The position numbers and the translations under genes are program-made. 64,000 nucleotides of DNA, from NCBI GenBank assembly GCA_012295275.1, contig CM022670.1, forward strand, positions 12,028,001-12,092,000. The letters are read 5' to 3'. The stretch is from Chrysomallon squamiferum (taxonomy: Eukaryota > Animalia > Mollusca). Each line of letters begins with the position of its first letter. Position 1 is the first letter of the stretch. The notes under the pieces were generated by a model, which saw only the letters and a program-made list of their open reading frames with translations, did no database searches and was not told where the DNA came from. Shown in pieces: positions 54,475 through 64,000 of the stretch.

Positions 54475-56130
54475 GCTTCGGTTATTCGGTATATATGTCA
54501 TAAAATAAAATAAAGTCAAGCCATTAAGGTGACAATGTACAGAATGTTGCAATCCGTAACTTCCTTACTTTTATTATTGTTGGTGAGCATTGCACAACTT
54601 CGTCACATATGGAAGAAAGATAACTCCAATTGATGTGTTTTGCATCGGTATGAATAATCACAACCGACTTAGTCGACTAATACGTTTTTTGCTTGTTTTT
54701 TTTGTTTATGTGAAGACACACTCTAAATATTATTATTATTATTTTTTGTTATTAATATTTATCTCCATTGTTTCTATAATGTTTCTTCTTGTTGTGAGAA
54801 AACAATTCTGGTATCAGACCACAAGAACGGGATGTGAACTCTTTTATAAGTATTGTTTGTATACCATACTTTGTTGCAAGTCATTAAACTAATACTTGTA
54901 ATATTTAAAGATATTGATTAAACTTTTTTCCCCACTCCCATCAGTTAGACTTTAATACTTGTTACCTATGATTTTATCATATAAAATATACAATATTTTA
55001 TTCTTTATATTGTAAAGTAAGTTTTTAGTCTCGTGACTGTGACGTTTTTGTCGCTGACTAAATCAGCTACTATTTGTATAAATAAATTGTAATAATAATA
55101 CTATTAATCAAATTTAAACAGAACTAAATCTGAATAAATAAATACATATATTACCTCTTAATGAAATAATGCTTGTAAACATTGCTTCAGAATCATGGAA
55201 TTAAATCTTTCATTTTTATTTTTTAAAATACCTTCTTATTATTTTTTTTTTTTTATCATACCAATTTAAAAATTAGTCGCACTTCATAGATACTTTTCAA
55301 TGAATGCTTCGTACACTATGAAATATTTTAATTTATAAATCTTTAACATATATTAATAGCCTGTTTCTCTGGAGCAAATTATTTTTAAGCTGTATAAAGG
55401 TATTATAATTAATCGTATGTTATAACAGTTAAACAAGCACTAATATTAATATTCAGACTTTATTTTCATTTCAGCAGCAGTAATAGTAACAGCAGCGTTG
55501 TCGTGACATTAACAGTAGCGGCAGCAGTAGTATTATTTTATTATGTTTTATATAGTTATTAAAATATAGTAGTGGCTTCTAGATGCAGTAGTAGTAGCTA
55601 GGTGTAATATAATGGCGTGGTAGTAGTAATAATAGTTATATATAGTGTTTAAACAGAAATGAAGAACGTGATCGTCAGAGATATAATAAAGGCTGGTTTA
55701 CTGCTAGCGTTGTTTTATCTCACAGTAAGAAAAAGAAACTTTAATGCTTGGTAACAAATACAGCTAATATGGATACAGTTTGTATGCTTATATTATTAAT
55801 TGTTAATAAAACATAAAACAAAAATCTAAGCTTATAATATTTATTGCACAGTAGGGACATATACTTCTTTTGTATTCTTTTTTTCATTATGTCATTATAA
55901 ATGAATAAATAAAAAGGAATATTTTCAAAAATAATTCTGAAGTAGAGAGAGAGAGAGAGAGAAAGTGTCGTCATTCATACCTTCTTAGTATCTCGTTATT
56001 TTCTGTATTGTAAAAAAGTCTTTACTTCGAAATATAAAAATATATTTAAGCTATGTAATAATATTATTAAAGATATATATATTTTTTAAACAAATATATA
56101 CAAATTTAATTTAGAGTTTAAAGGCAGATT

Positions 56131-57902
56131 TCATTTATACACATCACACACTGAAATTCGACCGTTATTTTCACCTATCCATAACTTCCCACGACTATCC
56201 ATAGCAACTGCCGTCGGCGAAAATGCTAAAAGTTCGGGTAAAAAACTGCTTTTGAAACCCTCTGTCACCTGATACTGATGAACGACATTCAAACCACAGT
56301 CAGCGATGAAGACGTCATCTTTCAAACCCCAGCAGACGTCGCGTGGATAAAATCCAATTCTGTGTTCCAAGTCTTCCCCTATATTGCAAGTGAACTCTGC
56401 TCCATCTGCTAAACAAATCTGTACAACTTTGTTAGTGGTATCTACCAAACACGTATCACCATTTTCTTTTTTATGAAACACTGGAACATTTTTGCCGGAA
56501 ATCTGTAAGCCTTAGGAAGAGATAAATCATCACCAGAATCTGGCTTGAACTCGACCTGTTTTCTCACGTTTGATTCGCTCGTCTGGCAACTGGAACCTTC
56601 CCCGGTCAAAAGGGAGAGAAGTCCCTCCATTCTGACCTTATTGTACAGGTCTTTGTGTAGACTCATTCTTTTGGAGATGACTCCAGTTTCACTGACTAGA
56701 TACACGTCATTATTTCGACACCCTTCGCTTTTACAGCCGATCCATGCACTGCTGGTGTTAGACAGAGGACCTATCAGGTCTATCGAGTGACTGATACAGT
56801 GAAAGGTCGAAGTCGGTTTCAGGTGGTCAGAGTTCGATGCAACCACTTTACTTGCGAAAACAGTGGCTATGTTTGTGAAAACGTTCATCCATTGTTTCGC
56901 AGCAGGATTTTTAATAAACATTTTTTCAATGGATGGCCTAGCTGCAGTATGGGCTTCTTTTTCGCATTTCACATCTTTCTGAAGCTTCTTTATTTCCGAT
57001 GCCGCTGTCACAGTGTCAGCCTCAAGTCCATTGGATAAAGCCATAGTGACGTGGTAAATCTGGGCTTGCAAATTCTGTTTATTTAATAATATTTCGTTCC
57101 ACGATTCTCCGAGAGTTTCCAAGCAGGCTACTTCTCGTTGTACAATGTCGTCAATTCTGTTCAGTTCACTAGTACGGTAATCATTAACTTCAGCAATAAT
57201 ACGATCAGCTAATTTGTTAATATCTGCGTGCATTTTTAACCTTTTGTTTTCCATGCTATTTTTTCTAGCGTCCATTATCCGAAGCTTAGTATCTAAACAT
57301 TCTATGCAATGTTCTAAATGTACCTTCGTTTTCGTCAAATACGATTTTGCATCATTAACCAGGTCACAGAGATCTTCTGTTTTGTGTCCTTCGTGTGACG
57401 TCAGTTTGCAGTCTCGACATATTGGTTTCTCACACGGACGGCAATAAAATCTTACGATCTCTGCTTTATGTTTCATACAGAACTGAGGTTTGCAAGTTAT
57501 TTCACTTTCTTCACTCAGTCCACCCAATTTTATAATCGAGTGTGTTTTAAAAGCAGTCAGTGAATTATGATTGGCAGTGCAAGATTGACAGAGAAACTGC
57601 ATACAGTCAAGACATTTTCTTGTTGCATGATTCGAACAAACATGACATGAAGTTTTCAAAGCTTCAGCACATGTATCACCGTCTCCCTCGATGTAAAAGT
57701 TTCTTTGAAACTCTTCGACTCCACCCTCGGGCACCTTGACCTCAGCTCTACAAATCGGACAGGAAAACCTTCCGTTTACCGCAGAATTTGATACATAATG
57801 TTTTAGACAATTACAACAAAATGTATGAAAACACGGAAGAAGTTTCGGAACTTTAAACTGCTCAATACATATTGTACAAGTTCTGTGATCTCTCATAGCC
57901 AT
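56131..57902 (-). CDS. Second intronless TRIM paralog (~590 aa), with a 1-bp frameshift near 56500 in this assembly
   Basis: ORF 57902-56442 (RING, 2 B-boxes, coiled coil) and ORF 56481-56131 (NHL-like end) are together colinear with the 9082 gene. Adding one base at TTT-CC-GGC gives F-S-G-K-N-V-P-V-F, matching F-T-G-K-N-T-P-L-Y in the paralog. Confidence 0.88.
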
Positions 57903-58359
57903 TGAAATGGGTCAAGTGCTTTATAATCAACTCCGTAATGTGAAACGTTTCCTTGCTAGTAATTCGGTTCAGTTGTGTAACATCTCATTAGTTCGCCCTG
58001 TAAAATGTTCCGGGATAATTAACTTTTTAATATAACGTTTATATTTAACTTTTTTTGCAGGTTTCAGATTAAAGCAAAGTTAGTTATGTTAGATCTCTTC
58101 AAAATTTTCTACATTAAATTATGTAATGCATTTTATTCATTCTTATAATTATACTCGTGCTGAATTGCGTTTTAAATATACATTTGTACACATTTTTTGA
58201 TAAATGTTTATTTGGTTATCTCACATCTCCGACAATTTTGGTGTTTCTCGTTTTAGATGTTTTTCTTTATACAAAGATTAAAAACAATAATAAAAAGAAC
58301 AAACAAATTTATCACATTTCTTTTCTTTTTCAAATTATATAATGTATGAGTGTGATAAA

Positions 58360-58625
58360 CTATGTAACTGCATGGGTCATGAGACCTTCTTCCATCATCA
58401 GGTCATTCCTTACTTCCGTTAAAATGTAACCAAGGAGATTTTGTCCTCGCCATGTACTTTCGTCCCAAGCGTAAGGATCATCTTCAACATAACCAATTCC
58501 CCATATAACGTCCACTGGACTCGCTTTTACTAATATTTTAGGAAATGTATCAAAGAGTAGCTTCTTTAAACTTTGATTCTGCGAAAACTGGAAAAAAAAA
58601 AAAGAACAAGAACACAGAAAAAAAA

Positions 58626-58672
<47 letters not shown>

Positions 58673-59141
58673 AACTATAGATAGACACATTTAAGGGATA
58701 CACACAGACAGATAGACAGAGAGATAGATGATAACAGTGAAATAATTATCTTTTTAGTAATGACATGTCGCATAATGCAGACACAGAGAGATACTTCATT
58801 ATTTGATAAACTAGTCTCTGTTTGGAACGGGATATAGCTCAGTCGTCACACTGAAACAGAGTGATATTTCAACGGTTTCTTACCTTCAGAATCGATGCTT
58901 CTCTAACAATCTGCTTGCACGAGCTGTCCCACATATCTTGGTTCCAGTTGCGAACTTTACGTCCTAAATATTTGTGCTCTTTGGGATCAGGGGACCAAAG
59001 AATTATTTTTGCAATCTCCGAATCTCTGAACAAAACTGTAACATCAGAAAAACTAATTCTATAATAATGAATTGGTCCAAGAATTATTATCTATTTAAAT
59101 TATATATATGTAATCTTACAGCAGGCTGGAAGAGAGAAATA

Positions 59142-59197
<56 letters not shown>

Positions 59198-59366
59198 TAC
59201 CTGCCTTTTTGTACATCATATACTGTTCGGCGCACACATATTCGCGATTTCCATCTTTGAATTTAACCAGATATCCCTGACTAAACGGCGATTCTTCTTT
59301 CCAGAAATACTCGTATTTTGTTTTTGCTTCTGCTAAAGTTGTCTTAGATTCACATTCGGATTCCAT
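58360..59366 (-). CDS. NADAR gene 6, divergent single-domain paralog (~181 aa)
   Basis: Exons 59366-59201, 59035-58884 and 58587-58360 have the same intron positions and the same 152/228-bp exon sizes as the array genes. Translation: YFWKEESPFSQ..CAEQYMMYKKAVLFRD..LGRKVRNW..KFSQN..LVKASPVDVIWGIG..WRGQNLLGYILTEVRNDL. The start codon is uncertain. Confidence 0.9.
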
Positions 59367-59369
59367 TTT

Positions 59370-59847
59370 TCGTCTGTTAGATATTTTCACCCTAAACACT
59401 GTTAATATATGAAGCCGAACATCAGTGTTTACATCCTCTCGTTTATTTAAACCTGGAGGGCTCTCCAAGGAAACATAATACGTATTGAGTGCTGTTTACA
59501 AAAATTATTACGTATTTCCTGGTTCCTTGCGAAAAATTTGCGGAAGTGCTTTTATATGCCCGGATCAAGAGGGTGCCCTTGGTTTATTGCTAACCCATAC
59601 CGTTTTGGGACGGTTCTGATATTTGTTTCTTTTCCTTTCTTTTTTCGTTTTTTCTCTTTTTTCTTTATTCTTTCTTTCATTAAAAGAAAGAAAGAAAGAA
59701 AGAAAAATATAATTATATAATTTCATTTTGAATACTAATGAATGTATGTATTAAAGAGCAACAATCATGAAAAAAAATATTTTTCTTGGAACCCACGTAT
59801 CAGATTTAAAATGTATATGAAGACTACAACATTTTGTATTGATTGTC

Positions 59848-59931
<84 letters not shown>

Positions 59932-60878
59932 TGCAATAACTGTTCTCATGTTTTCCCCTGCCTTGAAATATCGTTTAGTTATCATAGTCTTACGCAATAA
60001 AGCATGACGTCACTCAAGTCTAGTGAAACCAGCTCAGCTTGGTCTTGCAGAGCGACACCAATGTCTACAAGTGACACGTCAACTCAGGTTGCCATAAAAG
60101 TAATCGAAAAATTTCCAATCAGTTTTTGTTTTACATACGTAACAAAGGTGCCCATTTACACCATATATGGGCATATAAAAAAGTGGTAGGATACCGTTGG
60201 AAATGTGTAGGCAGGATATTTTCTATTAAAATGTGATCCATTTAAAAATAAAATAAAATAAAATAAGAAAAATTAAAAATTAAGTAATTAAAAAAAAAAA
60301 AGAGTTATAAAATGTAGTAGTAGTAATAAAATTAATAAATAATACACACTGTCGATCATTTCTGTAACTAGGTCTAACCAGCAGATTTTTGTCATCTGAT
60401 TTATTTTTCTTTATATCTTCAACATGGTGATAAGCTACCTGGATCGACAGATATTCCAGCTCACACTGATAAGGAAGTTTGCATTTTCGACCTCGTCATA
60501 ATTAATTCATATACTATTCTGAATATATAAACAAATAAAATATATTTGACAAACTCATCCAGCGTCCGTTATAAAAAAAATCCATTTCAGAGTTAATCCG
60601 CGATTATTGTAAAAAGACTTCTGTGATGTCAGAGACATTTTAAAAATGACCATAGAATAAAACAACACACAAACACACAGACTCACACAGTCCATACAGC
60701 TTGATCATTGATCTTTAAACTATTTTTAAACTATCTTTAAAAATCCCTTGGCCTATGCGATCGGTGAACAGAAGAAAAGGTTTCTGCAATTAATATTTTG
60801 ATTGTGAACCCAGTTGGTACATCTCTCTCTCTCTCGAAGTTATTCCCCTTCGCCCACAAGGTAGCGTAGTTGACAACA
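59370..60878. promoter_or_regulatory. Divergent intergenic region between NADAR gene 6 and PPP1R8 (possible bidirectional promoter)
   Basis: Head-to-head ATGs are 1.5 kb apart; perfect CRE TGACGTCA at 60005-60012 and ETS-like CGGAAGTG near 59541. Confidence 0.35.
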
Positions 60879-63618
60879 ATGGCGGCTCGTCCTCTTGTAA
60901 ATAATTTCGAAGTCCCTTCATGGTAAATATGTTATCTCTGAGCCATTTTTAATGCATATAAAGATAGCATTTATCTAAATAAAAGTAACAATAATACGAT
61001 TTCTATGCTTGTTGTTCTAGACGTTTTAAGTTACTGGCTGAAGGAAATTGAAAGTGTGCTCTTGATTATGAGATTGTTGATATCGACTACAGTTACTTTC
61101 CGTAAATTCCAGAACTTACCATTTTATGCAGTCACATTTTAGGTAGATTAATTATTAGAAAAAAATACAATAAAACCACGACAGTATTTTAAACAGTTCA
61201 AATACCTGGATGGTTTTTAACTTTTTACGCTCATGACAGATGTGTTGGCCTTAATTATTTTTAAATGCATTATGATTATCATGATTATGATTATAACGCT
61301 AATTAGGACTACAAGTATTACTTGAAATAACAACATGAATGTAAACATTAAAATTAAATGTAGACATAATGGTAATGTCATGGACAGACTAAAACATATC
61401 TTCAAATAGGAAATTAAAATGTGTTCTATCTTGTTTAGATTTACTTCTATCTGTGCTGTAACTATTTGATTACAATAAATGTTTACATGATGACGTTTTA
61501 TGATTTATAATGTATTTTATTTATTTATTTATTTATTTTGTTGGTTTTAATTTAATGATTACTTTTGTTGCAGGGCTGGAAAGCCACCACCTGGTCTTCA
61601 TTTAGATGTAATGAAAGATGGTAAAATGGTTCAGGTTTGTTCCACTGCTAGAATAAAACATATATATATTATTTTAATTGAATAACAGTATTTAAAATTA
61701 ATAAATCTTTTCCTATTTTCTATTTTGTTATTAAAAATACAAGTAAAATTGAAAAAGATATTAATATAACCATTCAAATGTTGCATTTAATCATGGGTTC
61801 ATGTGGATATTTTATCAAGATAAGTTAGCCCATTTATGTTCACTTTTAAGCTAATATATCATTTGTGCAGACTGCTACCAGTCATCAGTTGAGCTTTATC
61901 AAATTACATAACAACATGCAGTTATTTCCCATTAGTTTTATAATAATCAGTATTCCTGAGAAACATATAAAAGATATAATAATAGTTACCTCTTAATAAT
62001 GATACTTATATTAAATTTATTTTTCTTTTTTCTCCCATCTTTATTTTATTTTATTTTTTCCAGAAATTAATGATCGATGAAAAAAAGTGCTATTTTTTTG
62101 GAAGGAATAAACAACTTTGTGACTTTTGTATTGACCATGCTTCATGTTCTCGTGTTCATGCTGCGTTAATGTGGCACAAAAGACTTTCACGACCTTTTCT
62201 GATGGATCTTGGCAGCAGTGAGTTATACTTGTTATCATGTTTCCTAAGTTCTGAATCTGCTGTACTTGTTATCATGTTTTCTGAGTTCAAAATCTGTTGT
62301 ACTTGTTTATGTTTTCTAAGTTCAAAATCTCTTATATTTGTTATGTTTTCGATGTTCAAAATCTCTTATATTTGATATGATTTTTTAAGTTCAAAATGTG
62401 TTATATTTATTATCATCGTTTTTTTAAAGTTCAAAATCTGTTATATTTGTTACCATGATTTTCTAAGTTCAAAATGTGTTATATTTATTATCATTGTTTT
62501 TTTTTAAGTTCAAAATCTGCTGGACCTGTTATCATGGTTTTTCCAGCTTCATAATCTGTTATATTTATTACCATAATCTTTTAAGTTCAAAATCTATTTC
62601 TCAAAGTAAGATAATTATCTCTGTGTTTTTTTGTTTTTTTTTTAATTCAGCACATGGCACATACCTTGGTCAGATAAGATTAGAGAAGAAAAAACCGCAG
62701 AATGTTCCCATAGACAGTGAAATTCATTTTGGTGCATCTACAAGAATATACATAATCAAAGAGAGACCACAGCCCATTGCAAACCAACCTCTTGAAGATG
62801 GGAAGCGATCAGATGATCATGATGTCAGCTTATTGGGTTTGCCTGAGTCAGAAACTGAACTAGATGTAAGATTTAGGATTATAGGATATATATATGTAGA
62901 TATATAACTATAGTTGTTTTGAGGCAATTTTTCTTATAAATACATTAGAAGCAAACTGAACATGATTTATTGTTAATCACCTAAATAATATAATTTAATA
63001 TGTTTTTAATGCCTTTTAACTACTTTATTTTTACCTGACTATTAATTGACATAGTACATATACAGGGTATACACTTGATTTTTTTCTTTTGACTGGTCAA
63101 TTAGACCACTCACAAGAACACTTTGACTTGCCTGTAGCACTTTGAATTTGTTTTTCTTTAAATGGCACTTTAAAAATGTTATAATGCTATAATAACAACA
63201 TAAAAGAATGAACCAGAACTTGTTTTAGTTTTATTATAATATGTTGTAATACAAAATGTGGGACATTTCGGTCATCGGGGGTGGGGGGGACACACAAGAT
63301 ACTGTTTTGACTTTCCTGACACTGTTTTGATTTGCTGTATGTGTATATGTTGTTTTAGTTGAATAATTTTTGAAAATTTTAGAATCTAACAGAATTTAAC
63401 ACTGCACACAATCGACGGATAGCCTCACTTGTTGAGGTGGCTGATGTGCCCAATCCTCTCAAAAGAAAACATAAAAATGTTAGTGTGAGCTTCTTTGAAG
63501 AAGATGAAATTATCAATCCAGGTAAAATATTTTTATTTTTTCAGTCAGAGATTGTCACAGCATTTTAGAGACTTGGAGAATTTTGTTTTTTGAAATTGTT
63601 AAGTTTCCAAATCTGAAT

Positions 63619-63649
<31 letters not shown>

Positions 63650-63651
63650 TT

Positions 63652-63690
<39 letters not shown>

Positions 63691-63924
63691 TATACGTATA
63701 TGTATATATATTTTTGGAATGTTTTAAGATTTTATAATTGTTTTAATTATAAAAAAGTATACCTTTTCAAAGGAAATTCTCTGAGATACAAACCTAGTAG
63801 CAAATAGGACCCAGATTGAAGAATGATTTTTTAGTTAATGGAATTTTTATTTATTTCAGAGGACATTGATCCAACAGTGGGCAGATTCAGAAATCTTGTC
63901 ACCACAATGGTTATTCCAAAAAAG
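60879..63924 (+). CDS. PPP1R8: Nuclear inhibitor of protein phosphatase 1 (NIPP1), 5' part; continues beyond window
   Basis: Exons 60879-60922, 61574-61634, 62064-62217, 62651-62865, 63383-63521 and 63860-63924. Translation: PSWAGKPPPGLHLDVMK..FGRN..DHASCSRVHAAL..STHGTYLG (FHA domain)..LLGLPESETELDNLTEFNTAHN..DEIINPEDIDPTVGRFRN, colinear with vertebrate NIPP1 as recalled. Confidence 0.96.
62222..62600. repeat. ~33-35-bp minisatellite in NIPP1 intron 3
   Basis: Recurring TTGTTATCATGTTTTCTAAGTTCAAAATCTG-like unit, roughly 10 copies. Confidence 0.8.
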
Positions 63925-64000
63925 GTGAGTGGTTCTACACAGTATAAAAATATAGAGCAGGAGTTTAAAATTTTAAAATACATAATCAGATAAAAAAAAT

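Noticed and set aside
58830-58850. tRNA-like 5' end GGGATATAGCTCAGTCG in a NADAR gene 6 intron
   Set aside because: Only ~17 bp with no downstream B-box or tRNA body.
13546-59366. Bacterial contamination or very recent horizontal transfer as the source of the NADAR genes
   Set aside because: All copies have spliceosomal introns at shared positions, host-like composition and animal neighbours; an ancient transfer cannot be excluded.

Overview
AT-rich, intron-containing animal DNA; the TRIM type and microsatellite content suggest a lophotrochozoan, probably a mollusc (inference). Two intronless RING-Bbox-coiled-coil-NHL-like TRIM paralogs (9082-10836 +, 56131-57902 -) point towards each other. 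Between them lies a ~41 kb minus-strand array of NADAR (YbiA-like N-glycosidase) genes: three single-domain genes, one two-domain gene, and one gene of about 22 kb. That gene encodes 17 tandem NADAR domains (~3000 aa), built by repeating a ~1.28 kb two-exon unit in which the last exon of one gene is fused in frame to the first exon of the next. A sixth, divergent NADAR gene lies outside the right TRIM, head-to-head with PPP1R8/NIPP1, which runs off the window end. In total there are 23 NADAR domains. NADAR introns carry hAT, Tigger and Harbinger-like non-autonomous elements. The first 9 kb is mostly microsatellite plus one inverted duplication. All calls come from manual reading and translation; no searches were run.
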